Source: Dehalococcoidia bacterium (GTDB lineage Bacteria; Chloroflexota; Dehalococcoidia; SM23-28-2). From it: a stretch of 64,000 bases of DNA. The notes under the pieces are model-generated. The model was not told the origin of the DNA. It searched no databases and saw only the letters and a list, made by a program, of their open reading frames with translations. A program made the translations under genes and the position numbers. Shown piece after piece: positions 1 through 9,295 of this stretch. The first letter of the stretch is position 1. Each line of letters begins with the position of its first letter. Where the stretch lies: the NCBI GenBank assembly GCA_034429995.1, contig DAOUEZ010000012.1, forward strand, positions 15,464-79,463. Reading direction: 5' to 3'.

Positions 1-1
1 C

Positions 2-592
2 TGCTGCGGCGAGAGCGCGCGCAAGGCGGGCGATGAGGAGCTGTTCCAACGTCTGGTCCAGGAGAACATGACCGCCTTCGCCGAAAACGGCGTCAAGAAC
101 ATCGTCGTCTCCTCGCCCCACTGCTACTACACCTTCAGGAACGAATACCCCTTAGCACAAAATGGCTTGCAGGTCATGCATTTCACCCAGTTCCTGGCCG
201 GACTCATTCGGGAGGGTAAGCTGAAATTCAGTAAAGAGGTAAAGAAGAGGGTCACCTATCACGACCCCTGCTACCTGGGGCGCCACAGCGGCGTCTTTGA
301 CGAGCCACGAGAGATCCTGAACAGCATCCCCGGCGTGGAGCTGGTGGAGATGGCCAATCATCACGAGAACAGCCTGTGCTGCGGCGGGGGCGGCGGCCAG
401 GTATGGATGGAGACTAAGCCTGGCGAGAGGCTGGCCGAGGTGCGCGCGCAGCAGGCGCTGGATGTAGGCGCTGAGGTGATGGCTCTGGCCTGCCCCTACT
501 GCATGCTTATGTTCGAAGGTTGCCTGATGCCGGACGTGCTGGAGCGGCTGGAGTTAAGGGATATCACCGAGTTGGTTGCGGAGGCCATGTAG
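2..592 (+). CDS. hdrB: Heterodisulfide reductase subunit B-like protein (two CCG cysteine-rich domains), 5'-truncated by window edge
   Basis: Frame open from window start; CCGES...PHCYYTF and DPCYLG...CCGGGG...CPYC motifs match the CCG domain pattern C-x(n)-CCG-x(n)-C-x2-C of HdrB/HdrD. Confidence 0.65.
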   Translation, partial: CCGESARKAGDEELFQRLVQENMTAFAENGVKNIVVSSPHCYYTFRNEYPLAQNGLQVMHFTQFLAGLIREGKLKFSKEVKKRVTYHDPCYLGRHSGVFDEPREILNSIPGVELVEMANHHENSLCCGGGGGQVWMETKPGERLAEVRAQQALDVGAEVMALACPYCMLMFEGCLMPDVLERLELRDITELVAEAM

Positions 593-594
593 CC

Positions 595-2577
595 ATGGAA
601 GAGCCAAGAATCGGCGTATTTGTCTGCCACTGCGGGAGCAACATTGCGGACACCGTAGATGTTGACGAGGTGAGGGAGTTTGCCAGCGGGTTGCCCGGGG
701 TTGTGTTATCTGTGGACTATAAGTTCATGTGCTCCGAGCCTGGACAGCTCCTAATCAAGGAGAATATAGAGAAGCTGCACCTCAATCGGGTGGTGGTGGC
801 TTCCTGTTCCCCCCGCATGCACGAGCCTACCTTTCGCAAGGCCGTGGCTGAGGCGGGGCTGAACCCCTACCTCTTTCAGATGGCCAACATCCGCGAGCAT
901 GATTCCTGGGTCCACAAGGACGGCGCCACTGAGAAGGCCAAAGCCCTGGTCCACGCCGCCGTCCAGAGGGCTAGCCTGCTGGAGCCTCTGGAGAGAAGGG
1001 AAGTGCCGGTAACTCCCACTGTGTTGATAGTGGGTGCCGGCATTGCCGGCATCCAGGCGGCCCTAAACATCGCTGACTCTGATCACAAGGTGTACTTGGT
1101 GGAGCGAGAGCCCTCCGTCGGCGGCCGCATGATCCAGCTAGACAAGACCTTCCCCACTCTAGACTGCTCATCCTGCATTCTCACGCCCAAGATGGCCTCC
1201 GTTGGCTCCCATCCGAACATCGAGCTTATGACCTACAGCGAGGTGGAGGAGGTCTCCGGCTACATCGGCAACTTCAAGGTCAAGGTTAGGAAGAAGCCTC
1301 GCTACGTGGACTCAGAGCTCTGCAACGGCTGCGGCCTTTGCATCGAGAAGTGCCCCTGGAAGGCGGACAGCGAGTTCGATATGGGGCTAGGCAAGCGCAA
1401 GGCGATCTACACGCCCTTCCCCCAGGCGGTGCCCAACGTGCCGGTCATCGACACGGAGACCTGCGTCTACTTCAAGAAGGGGACCTGCAGGGCCTGCGAG
1501 AAGCTCTGTCCCACGAAAGCCATCGCCTTCGATCAGAAGGAGGAGACCGTCGAGCTAGAGGTGGGGGCGATAATCGTGGCCACCGGCTACGACCTTTTCG
1601 ACCCCTCTCCTATCACTCAATACGGCTACAAGCGCCTGGACAACGTTTTCACTAGCCTGGAGTTCGAGAGGATGTGCAGCGCCACCGGCCCTACCGGCGG
1701 TGAGCTGGTGTTGAAGGATGGCAGCACTCCCCAGAGCGTGGCCATCATCCACTGCGTGGGCAGCCGCGACAAGAACTACTATGAGTATTGCTCACGCGTC
1801 TGTTGCATGTATGCCCTCAAGTATTCCCACCTGATAAAGGAAAAGACCGAGGCAGACGTGTACCAGATGTACATCGACATGCGCTGCTACGGAAAGGGCT
1901 TCGAGGAGTTCTACCAGCGTGTGTCCGACGAGGGCGTCAACTTCGTGCGGGGCAAGGTTGCCCAGGTCACCGACCAGGCGGCAACCGATGAGGAGCAGGG
2001 TAAGCTGGTGGTCGTCGGCGAGGACACCCTGCTGGGCAGGATGGTGCGCATCCCGGTGGACATGGTTATTCTCTGTCCGGCCATGATAGCACGGGCCGAT
2101 GCCGAGGAAGTGGCCAGGCGTTTCCTCATCAGTCGGGGTGCCGATGGGTTCTTCTTGGAGAAGCACCCCAAGCTGGAGCCGGTGGCCACCGCCAGTGCGG
2201 GCGTGTTCGTGGTTGGCTGTGCCCAGGGGCCCAAGGACATCCCGGACACCGTGGCTCAGGCCTCGGCGGGGGCGGCAGAGGCCCTGGCGCTAATCGACAG
2301 GGGGACGGTGGAGATCGAGGCCGCCACTGCCGTAGTGGATGAGGAAATGTGCTCCGGTTGCAAGATCTGCCTGAACTTGTGTCCCTACGGTGCCATCACC
2401 TTCGATGAGGAGAAGGATGTGGCCAGGATCAACGAGGTGCTCTGCAAGGGGTGCGGCGTTTGCGTTGCCGCCTGTCCTTCGGGGGCCATTAAAGGCCGCC
2501 ACTTCACCGACAAGCAGATCTTTGCCGAGATCGAGGGTCTGCTGGCGGACGTCAAGCTGCCCTTGGTGGCAGTTTAA
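595..2577 (+). CDS. hdrA: Heterodisulfide reductase subunit A (FAD/FeS flavoprotein)
   Basis: MEEPRIGVFVCHCGSNI N-terminus, GAGIAG dinucleotide fold, multiple Cx2Cx2Cx3CP ferredoxin motifs; RBS GGAGG 8 nt upstream of ATG 595; long ORF 520..2577 trimmed to the internal ATG. Confidence 0.85.
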   Translation: MEEPRIGVFVCHCGSNIADTVDVDEVREFASGLPGVVLSVDYKFMCSEPGQLLIKENIEKLHLNRVVVASCSPRMHEPTFRKAVAEAGLNPYLFQMANIREHDSWVHKDGATEKAKALVHAAVQRASLLEPLERREVPVTPTVLIVGAGIAGIQAALNIADSDHKVYLVEREPSVGGRMIQLDKTFPTLDCSSCILTPKMASVGSHPNIELMTYSEVEEVSGYIGNFKVKVRKKPRYVDSELCNGCGLCIEKCPWKADSEFDMGLGKRKAIYTPFPQAVPNVPVIDTETCVYFKKGTCRACEKLCPTKAIAFDQKEETVELEVGAIIVATGYDLFDPSPITQYGYKRLDNVFTSLEFERMCSATGPTGGELVLKDGSTPQSVAIIHCVGSRDKNYYEYCSRVCCMYALKYSHLIKEKTEADVYQMYIDMRCYGKGFEEFYQRVSDEGVNFVRGKVAQVTDQAATDEEQGKLVVVGEDTLLGRMVRIPVDMVILCPAMIARADAEEVARRFLISRGADGFFLEKHPKLEPVATASAGVFVVGCAQGPKDIPDTVAQASAGAAEALALIDRGTVEIEAATAVVDEEMCSGCKICLNLCPYGAITFDEEKDVARINEVLCKGCGVCVAACPSGAIKGRHFTDKQIFAEIEGLLADVKLPLVAV

Positions 2578-2593
2578 GGAGGCGCAGTTAACC

Positions 2594-3025
2594 ATGGTAT
2601 CGGGCAACTACGAGCCGACGATTGTGGGGTTCCTGTGCAACTGGTGTGCCTATCAGGGAGCGGACCTAGCGGGCACCTCCCGCATGGAGTATCCGCCCAG
2701 CGTGCGTCCGGTGCGGGTGATGTGCAGCGGCCGTATCGACCCCACCTTTATCCTGAAGGCCTTCGCCGAAGGAGCTGACGGTGTGCTGATTGGTGGCTGC
2801 CATCCGGGCGACTGTCACTATCTGGAGGGCAACTACAAGTGTATTCGCCGCATGGCTATGGTCCACAGGGTGCTGGAACAGTTCGGGATCGAGCCGGAGC
2901 GTTTCCGTGTGGAGTGGGTTTCCGCCAGTGAGGCCCCGAAGTGGGCCAAGATATGCAAGGAGATGACCGAGCAGGTGAAAGCCTTGGGTCCACTTCAGTG
3001 GCAGGAGAAGGTTAGGACGGCCTAG
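2594..3025 (+). CDS. mvhD: Methyl-viologen-reducing hydrogenase delta subunit (MvhD) family protein
   Basis: MVSGNYEPTIVGFLCNWCAYQGADLAG...CHPGDCHY is the MvhD/FlpD signature; AAGGAGG RBS before ATG 2594. Confidence 0.8.
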   Translation: MVSGNYEPTIVGFLCNWCAYQGADLAGTSRMEYPPSVRPVRVMCSGRIDPTFILKAFAEGADGVLIGGCHPGDCHYLEGNYKCIRRMAMVHRVLEQFGIEPERFRVEWVSASEAPKWAKICKEMTEQVKALGPLQWQEKVRTA

Positions 3026-3063
3026 GATGCCGAGTCTGTGGCCTTGGGCTCGGCGGAAGGCCG

Positions 3064-3111
3064 GAGACGAAGGTCGAGACGAAGGTCGAGACGAAGGTCG
3101 AGACGAAGGCC
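3064..3111. repeat. 12-bp tandem repeat gagacgaaggtc x4 (last copy degenerate) in mvhD-mvhG intergenic region
   Basis: Direct reading of sequence 3064-3111; reflected as FVSTFVSTFVST in an antisense spurious ORF. Confidence 0.9.
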
Positions 3112-3141
3112 GAGAGCGAGAAGACGTTAGGGAGGCCTAGG

Positions 3142-4140
3142 ATGGCAAAGCCGAAGATGGCCCTATACTGGGCAGCCAGTTGTGGTGGCTGCGAGATAGC
3201 TGTGGTGCGGCTGTACGAGAAGATTCTAGATGTGGCCAACGCCTTCGAGATCGTTCTCTGGCCGTGCATTATGGACTTCAAGTACAAGGACGTAGAGGCC
3301 CTGCCGGACAAGAGCATTCTGATAACTCTCTTCAATGGTGCCATCAGGAACTCCGAGCAGGAGCACATGGCCCACATGCTGCGGGAGAAGTCGCAGGTGT
3401 TGGTGGCCTTCGGGTCCTGCGCTCACCTGGGCGGCATCCCCGGTCTGGGCAACGTGAGCAACCGCCAGGGGATTTTCGAGAGTTCCTACTGCGAGACGCC
3501 CTCTACGGTCAACGAGGAGGGCACCTACCCGCAGCTAAGCTTCCAGGTGCCCGAGGGGGAGCTTACCCTGCCGGAGTTCTACGACACGGTCTGCGCTCTT
3601 GATCAGGTAGTGCCGGTCGATTACTACATCCCCGGCTGCCCGCCAACGAAGGAGCAGATAGAGAAGGTGATCCAGGCGCTCATAGAGGGGGCGGAGCTGC
3701 CTCCAGCCGGTTCGGTGATCGGGGCATCGGAGAAGACGGTGTGCGATGACTGCCCTCGCACCAAGGGGGACAAGTCGATCAAGGCCATATATCGCCCCTA
3801 TCAGATCATCCCCGACCCCGAGAAGTGCCTTCTGGAGCAGGGTATTCTCTGTGCCGGGCCCGCCACCCGTGGCGGCTGCGGCGCGCCCTGTCCCCAGGTG
3901 AACATGCCCTGCATCGGCTGCTACGGGCCGGCGCCAGGGGCGGTGGACCAGGGAGCCAAGCTTCTGAGTGCAGTGACATCCAATATCGATTCCCGCGATC
4001 CAGAGGAGATCGAACGGATACTGAGCGCCATTCCCGACTCTATCGCCGCCTTCTACATGTTTGGCCTGCCCGCATCGCTTCTGCACCGCCTGAGGCTGGA
4101 GCGGCAGCGCGAGGCAGTGTCGGCCGAGGCGGGGCAGTAG
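3142..4140 (+). CDS. mvhG: [NiFe] hydrogenase small subunit (group 3, MvhG-like)
   Basis: N-terminal CGGCEIA and multiple Cys clusters (CPRTKGD, CIGCYGP) typical of NiFe small subunit; GGGAGG RBS. Confidence 0.8.
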   Translation: MAKPKMALYWAASCGGCEIAVVRLYEKILDVANAFEIVLWPCIMDFKYKDVEALPDKSILITLFNGAIRNSEQEHMAHMLREKSQVLVAFGSCAHLGGIPGLGNVSNRQGIFESSYCETPSTVNEEGTYPQLSFQVPEGELTLPEFYDTVCALDQVVPVDYYIPGCPPTKEQIEKVIQALIEGAELPPAGSVIGASEKTVCDDCPRTKGDKSIKAIYRPYQIIPDPEKCLLEQGILCAGPATRGGCGAPCPQVNMPCIGCYGPAPGAVDQGAKLLSAVTSNIDSRDPEEIERILSAIPDSIAAFYMFGLPASLLHRLRLERQREAVSAEAGQ

Positions 4141-4200
4141 CGGCTCGCGGCCTTCTGAGGCCCAAGAGTGGAGTGGCAGGGAGCGAGGAGCGGAAAAGAG

Positions 4201-5685
4201 ATGACAGAGGCCAAGGTGGAGACGCGGCGAATAACCATTGACCCTATTACGCGGCTGGAAGGACACGGCCGCATCGAGATCTTCCTCAACGATGAGGGGG
4301 ACGTGCAAAACGCCTACTTCCAGGTGCCGGAGTTGCGGGGGTTCGAGAAGTTCTGCGAGGGGCGGCCGGTAGAGACCCTCCCCGTCATTACTGCCCGCAT
4401 TTGTGGGGTTTGCCCCGAGGCGCACCACATGGCCTCCACCAAGACTCTCGATGCAGTCTTCAAGGTGGATCCGCCCTCCCCTGCCAAGAAGCTGCGGGAG
4501 CTGCTGTACAGTGCCTTCATGGTGGCCGACCACGCCACTCACTTCTACGCCCTGGGCGGCCCCGACTTTGTGGTAGGGCCGGACGCCCCTGCCGCCGAGC
4601 GCAACATCGTCGGGGTCATCGGCAAGGTAGGGATGGAGATTGGGGGACAGGTGCTGAAGGCTTTGGCCGCTACCCACGAGGTGGTGGCCATGCTCGGCGG
4701 CAAGTACATCCACCCCACCTGCGGCCTGCCCGGCGGCATAAGCAAGGGCCTCAACGAGGAGGAGCGGGCCAAGGTCGAGGAGATCGCCAAGGCGGCGATC
4801 GAGTTCGGCAAGCTGACGATCAAGATCGTGGACGACGTAGTGCTGGCCAACAAGGCCTACGTGGACATGATCCTCAGCGACACCTTCGCCCACGAGACCT
4901 ACTACATGGGCCTGGTGGACGAGAATAACCACGTGAACTTCTATGAAGGCCAGCTGCGAGTCGTCGACCAGCAGGCCAAGGAAGTGGCCAAGTTCCCCCC
5001 GTCTCAGTACCTGGACTACATTGGCGAGCACGTGGAGCCTTGGTCGTATCTCAAGTTCCCCTTCCTCAAGAGCGTCGGCTGGCACGGCCTGACAGATGGG
5101 CCAAGCAGCGGCATCTACCGGGTAGCTCCCCTGGCTCGCCTCAACGCCGCCGACGGCATGGCTACTCCCCTGGCCCAGGCGGAGTACGAGCGGTTCTACT
5201 CCACCCTGGGGGGCAAGCCGGTGCACGCTACGCTGGCCACCCACTGGGCACGCGTTGTTGAGTTGGTGTACGCCGCCGAGCGCCTGCTGGAGCTGAGCCA
5301 AGACCCGGAGATAACCAGCACGAACATCCGCACCATTCCCACCGAGACGCCCGGCGAGGGCGTGGGGGTGGTGGAGGCGCCGCGGGGGGTGCTGATTCAC
5401 CACTATTGGGCAGACGAAAACGCGGTGGTGAAGAAGGTCAACCTCATCGTGGGGACGGGCCACAACAATGGGGCTATCGCCATGTCCATCAACAAGGCGG
5501 CCAAAGGCCTGATCAAGAAGGGCACGGTGGTCACCGAGGGCCTTCTCAACACCATCGAGATGGCTTTTCGGGCCTACGACCCGTGCTTGGCCTGTGCCAC
5601 CCACTCCTTGCCGGGGCAAATGCCCCTGATCGTCAGCATCTACGACAGCCAGAGGAACCTTATCCAGAGCCTCAGAAGGGACTAG
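4201..5685 (+). CDS. mvhA: [NiFe] hydrogenase large subunit (group 3c, MvhA-like)
   Basis: L1 motif RICGVCPEAH and L2 motif DPCLACATH; start moved to ATG 4201 (MTEAKVE) with upstream GGAG. Confidence 0.85.
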   Translation: MTEAKVETRRITIDPITRLEGHGRIEIFLNDEGDVQNAYFQVPELRGFEKFCEGRPVETLPVITARICGVCPEAHHMASTKTLDAVFKVDPPSPAKKLRELLYSAFMVADHATHFYALGGPDFVVGPDAPAAERNIVGVIGKVGMEIGGQVLKALAATHEVVAMLGGKYIHPTCGLPGGISKGLNEEERAKVEEIAKAAIEFGKLTIKIVDDVVLANKAYVDMILSDTFAHETYYMGLVDENNHVNFYEGQLRVVDQQAKEVAKFPPSQYLDYIGEHVEPWSYLKFPFLKSVGWHGLTDGPSSGIYRVAPLARLNAADGMATPLAQAEYERFYSTLGGKPVHATLATHWARVVELVYAAERLLELSQDPEITSTNIRTIPTETPGEGVGVVEAPRGVLIHHYWADENAVVKKVNLIVGTGHNNGAIAMSINKAAKGLIKKGTVVTEGLLNTIEMAFRAYDPCLACATHSLPGQMPLIVSIYDSQRNLIQSLRRD

Positions 5686-5688
5686 CGG

Positions 5689-6153
5689 TTGCGGACCCTC
5701 ATCCTGGGTCTGGGCAATCCTATCCTCTCCGATGACGCCGCTGGTCTTCAGGCTGCCCGTCGGCTATATGAGCTGATGGGGAGCGGGGACATCGATCTGG
5801 TGGAGGCGGCGGTAGCGGGAATGCAGACTGTCCAGCTTCTGTCCGGCTACGACCGGGCGGTCATCATCGATGTGGTGCAGGACGAGGCGAGCGTGGGAGA
5901 GGTCTGGCGCCTGGATACCGGCGACCTGGAAAGCGGCTCCTCAACGTCCAGTCATGGCATCGGCCTGGGCGAAGCTCTGCGTCTGGCCCGGCTGATGGGC
6001 TTGCCCGTACCAGAGCAAATACTGATCTACGCTATCGCTGCCGCTGATACTTCCACCTTTGGCGAGAGCTTGACGCCTAAGCTCGGGAAAGCCCTACCCG
6101 CCATCGTCCGCAGGATCGCCGCCGACCTGGCCCGTCCTTCGGGCCAGTGCTAA
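5689..6153 (+). CDS. Hydrogenase maturation endopeptidase (HycI/HoxW/FrhD family)
   Basis: LILGLGNPILSDDAAG and GIGLGEAL motifs typical of hydrogenase C-terminal processing protease; TTG start with GAAGGGA RBS, 3 nt after mvhA stop. Confidence 0.7.
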   Translation: MRTLILGLGNPILSDDAAGLQAARRLYELMGSGDIDLVEAAVAGMQTVQLLSGYDRAVIIDVVQDEASVGEVWRLDTGDLESGSSTSSHGIGLGEALRLARLMGLPVPEQILIYAIAAADTSTFGESLTPKLGKALPAIVRRIAADLARPSGQC

Positions 6154-6378
6154 GGGCAAGACCGCGTTCGCCCTTTGCCTTCGGCGAGACGCCGGCTGCC
6201 TGCCGTCTGTGACAAATGGCCGGATGCTTCCTCTTCTCTGTGTAGCTCAGGCATAGGGCTATATTAGTCGAACAATCCTCTAAAAACTCTGTAACATTCT
6301 CGGGCATCGCCCGTCTTTCATTTCAGACGAAAGGCTTTTCAGCCATAACGTCGGGTCCCCTTCCCTTGGCCGGGGAAA

Positions 6379-6420
6379 GTGTCTGCCGGTGGGATACCCC
6401 GCCGGCAGACACATTTTTTT
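6379..6420 (+). terminator. Rho-independent terminator (13-bp GC-rich stem, T7 tract) downstream of hydrogenase operon
   Basis: gtgtctgccggtggg/cccgccggcagacac hairpin followed by attttttt. Confidence 0.55.
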
Positions 6421-6456
6421 GCCTGGTGATGGCCTAGGCTCTGGGCTCTGGTTTTC

Positions 6457-7182
6457 TCACGAGCTGGGGCGAAGTTTGGCGATCAGGAAGGCAGCATGGA
6501 CGCTGTCCAGCTTGCCCATGAGGCGGGGTAGGTGGGGCAGAAGGGGATAGTAGCCGGCGAATGTCAGGCGTTCTACCCAAAAACCGTGATAGTGGCATAG
6601 TTCTGTCAAGCCCTGAAAGCTAAAGACGAGCAGACGACTATCACTCTGAGAGGGATGGCAGATTGCCTGCGAAGGGTCGAAGGCGTTGCCCACCGTGGCG
6701 TCGTTGGGTACGTGCAAGTGCGCCGCCTGTTTGCCCAGCGCCAGGGAGAAGCGGTTGTGCCAGCTAGCCAGGTTGTTGATGGAGAGGATGGCGTAGCCGT
6801 CGGGCCGCAGCACTCGTTTGATTTCCTTGAGGAAGAGATCGATGTTGTGCAAGTGCTCGATGATCTGGTCGGCGTGAATGATATTGAAGAAACGGCTCTT
6901 GTAGGGCAGCGGATCGTTGAGGTCGCCTTTAGTGACGATGACCCCCCGATCAGTGGCTTCTCTGATGCGGTTGTCGATGCACTCGATACCGTATGCCTCC
7001 GACACGCGGGCGCGGTAGGCAACCTGGACGGTGAACTCGCCATCGCCGCAGCCACAGTCCAGAAGGCGACCGCGGGCGCGGGGTTCGATGACATCCAGGA
7101 TCGCTCCCTTGTTGGCCCGCTCGCTCTGCCTGTGGACCCTCTGTAGGTAGGTGATTTCTTTCCTTCCTATATGGACAGCCAA
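6457..7182 (-). CDS. Class I SAM-dependent methyltransferase (Methyltransf_11-like)
   Basis: LLDCGCGDGEF motif I and RVLRPDGYAIL post-motif. Confidence 0.6.
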   Translation of the reverse strand: MAVHIGRKEITYLQRVHRQSERANKGAILDVIEPRARGRLLDCGCGDGEFTVQVAYRARVSEAYGIECIDNRIREATDRGVIVTKGDLNDPLPYKSRFFNIIHADQIIEHLHNIDLFLKEIKRVLRPDGYAILSINNLASWHNRFSLALGKQAAHLHVPNDATVGNAFDPSQAICHPSQSDSRLLVFSFQGLTELCHYHGFWVERLTFAGYYPLLPHLPRLMGKLDSVHAAFLIAKLRPSS

Positions 7183-7430
7183 GAGAATTGCAGCCCTCCT
7201 TGTAGCAGACCCCTGTCCAGGTAGAGGCTGAGGTCATGATTGGCCGAAAGTCTGGCTAGTAAGAATGACGATAGGTTGGCCTCGCTTGTTACGACCGGGG
7301 CGGGAAAAGGTGCAGAGTGGCGGTGCCGCTGGACAAGGCGAGGGTTGGCTGAGGGGGGTGGGGCGGCTATCATTTAATCTATATTGGGAGCTGGCGGACG
7401 CCGGCTTCTTGGACAAGTTAAGGAGTAGCC

Positions 7431-8729
7431 TTGTTTTACGGGTGGTGGGTGGTCTTTGCCTCCGGCGGCATCATCTTTCTGACCACGGGCACTTTCTTCT
7501 ACGGCTTCGGCACCCTGATCATCCCCATGACCAAGGAGTTCGGCTGGTCGCGGGCGGCCATAGCCGGCGCTTTCTCTCTCAGGACAGAGCTTGGAGGAGT
7601 GGGGGCCCCTGTCGTCGGCTATCTGGTCGATCGGGTGGGCCCTCGCCGCCTCGTACTGGCGGGGGTGTTCTTAGTCGGAACGGGTTTCATTCTCCTGAGC
7701 CGCATCCAGGCGGTGTGGCAGTTGTACGCCGTTGCAATGCTCATCGCCATAGGCATGGGTGCCACCGCCGGCCCTGTAGCGATGACAGCGGTCGCTCACT
7801 GGTTCCAGAAGAAACGGGGCCGGGCTTTGGCCTTGATGACAGTGGGCGGTGGCAGCAGCGGCGTGATGGTGGTGGTGCTGGCCTCGCTGATAGCTGCCTT
7901 CGACTGGCGCACGGCCCTGCTCATCACGGGTTTTACCCAATGGGCCATCTGCATCCCTCTGGCCCTGGTCGTGCGCAACCGGCCTCAGGACCTGGGCCTT
8001 CTGCCCGATGGCGAGCCTGACCTCTCGGCCGAGCGGCAGGTAGCCGCCGACGAACGCCAGACCCCTACGGTGGACCCAGATAGCCCTGGCGAGGGGGTGA
8101 CCGCCGGAGAGGATGACGGTCTCACCATAGGCCAGGCGCTACGCACTCGCTCCTTCTGGTTGCTGGCCTTTGCTATGAGCTTGGTCGGCTTCGGTAGCGT
8201 GGCCGTCATTGCCCATCAGGTAGCTTTCCTGGAAGAGTCGCTAGGTTTTTCCTCGCTGATAGCCTCGGCGGTGCAGATGGGCGTGCCGATAGTGAGCCTG
8301 GCTGGCCGACTGGGCTTCGGCTGGCTGGCGGACTATGTAGACAAGCGAAAGGTGATGGCCGCAGCCTACCTCTTCATTGCCGTGGGCATCGTTCTCCTGG
8401 CCACGGTTCAAAGTGCCTGGCAGGTTCCTCTGTACCTCATCATCTTCGCGCCGGGCTGGGGCGGCTCTATCTCCGTGCGGCCCGCTTTTCAGGCGGAATA
8501 TTTTGGCCTGAGAGCCTTTGGCAGCATTCAGGGTCTAATGTTCTTCGTAGCCAGTGTGGGAAGCTTCACTGGTCCTATCTTCGCTGGGGTGATCTACGAC
8601 GCGGTGGATAGTTATCGGCCCGCCTTCCTGATAGTGGGACTGGCCGTTCTGGCGGCTGTCCCTGCTGTGCTGGCAGCGGGAAAGCCGCAAACGGAGCGGG
8701 CGAGGGTGGCTGGCAGCCCCGGGGTGTAG
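7431..8729 (+). CDS. MFS transporter
   Basis: 12 predicted TM helices, MFS-like GxLxDRxGxRR loop (VGYLVDRVGPRR); TTG start after AAGGAG. Confidence 0.7.
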   Translation: MFYGWWVVFASGGIIFLTTGTFFYGFGTLIIPMTKEFGWSRAAIAGAFSLRTELGGVGAPVVGYLVDRVGPRRLVLAGVFLVGTGFILLSRIQAVWQLYAVAMLIAIGMGATAGPVAMTAVAHWFQKKRGRALALMTVGGGSSGVMVVVLASLIAAFDWRTALLITGFTQWAICIPLALVVRNRPQDLGLLPDGEPDLSAERQVAADERQTPTVDPDSPGEGVTAGEDDGLTIGQALRTRSFWLLAFAMSLVGFGSVAVIAHQVAFLEESLGFSSLIASAVQMGVPIVSLAGRLGFGWLADYVDKRKVMAAAYLFIAVGIVLLATVQSAWQVPLYLIIFAPGWGGSISVRPAFQAEYFGLRAFGSIQGLMFFVASVGSFTGPIFAGVIYDAVDSYRPAFLIVGLAVLAAVPAVLAAGKPQTERARVAGSPGV

Positions 8730-8739
8730 GAAGCGCCCC

Positions 8740-9294
8740 TCAGGTCACCGTGAGGGCGACCTGCTGAGCGCAGAGAGGGCATTCGGTCGGGTCGTAGCTG
8801 GGCAGTTCGAGGGCTAGGCAGGCAAAAAAGGGCAGGCCGAAGTCTACGCGGCCGGCAGTGCGATCTACCAGGACAGCCACCCCGATGGGCTCACCCCCTG
8901 CGGCCTGCACTGCCTCCAAGACATCGCGGATGCTGCTGCCGGTGGTAAGAACATCGTCCACCACCAGAGTGCGATCGCCTGGAGCCACCTGAAAGCCGCG
9001 GCCGAAGCGCCGTCCCTCCTTCACCTTCTCGGCGAAGATGCCCCTGACTCCCAACTGGCGAGCTACCTCGTAGCTGAGGATGATCCCCCCGGTGGTGGGT
9101 GCCGCCACCAGTTGCACCCCTTGGGGGCGAAAGTGATCGGCTATCAGGCGGCAGAGCCTTTCGGTGTAGGGCGGCTGCTCTAGAAGGCGAAACTTCTCTA
9201 CGTAGAGGGGCGAATGGCGGCCGGAGGCCAGGAGGAAGTGGCCGTCGAGGATGGCGCCCACCTCCCGTAGGAGATTCTCGATCTCTTCCGACAT
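8740..9294 (-). CDS. pyrE: Orotate phosphoribosyltransferase
   Basis: PRPP-binding motif LVVDDVLTTGSS and OPRTase N-terminal FLLASGRHSPLYVE. Confidence 0.85.
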   Translation of the reverse strand: MSEEIENLLREVGAILDGHFLLASGRHSPLYVEKFRLLEQPPYTERLCRLIADHFRPQGVQLVAAPTTGGIILSYEVARQLGVRGIFAEKVKEGRRFGRGFQVAPGDRTLVVDDVLTTGSSIRDVLEAVQAAGGEPIGVAVLVDRTAGRVDFGLPFFACLALELPSYDPTECPLCAQQVALTVT

Positions 9295-9295
9295 G

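Noticed and set aside
3535-5619. 694-aa ORF on the minus strand
   Set aside because: Entirely antisense to the mvhG/mvhA genes, which have strong hydrogenase motifs. It is Gly/Arg/Val-rich, typical of high-GC antisense frames.
7265-8020. 251-aa plus-strand ORF
   Set aside because: An alternative frame overlapping the MFS transporter gene. Arg/Gly-rich with no motifs, whereas the MFS frame shows clear TM periodicity.
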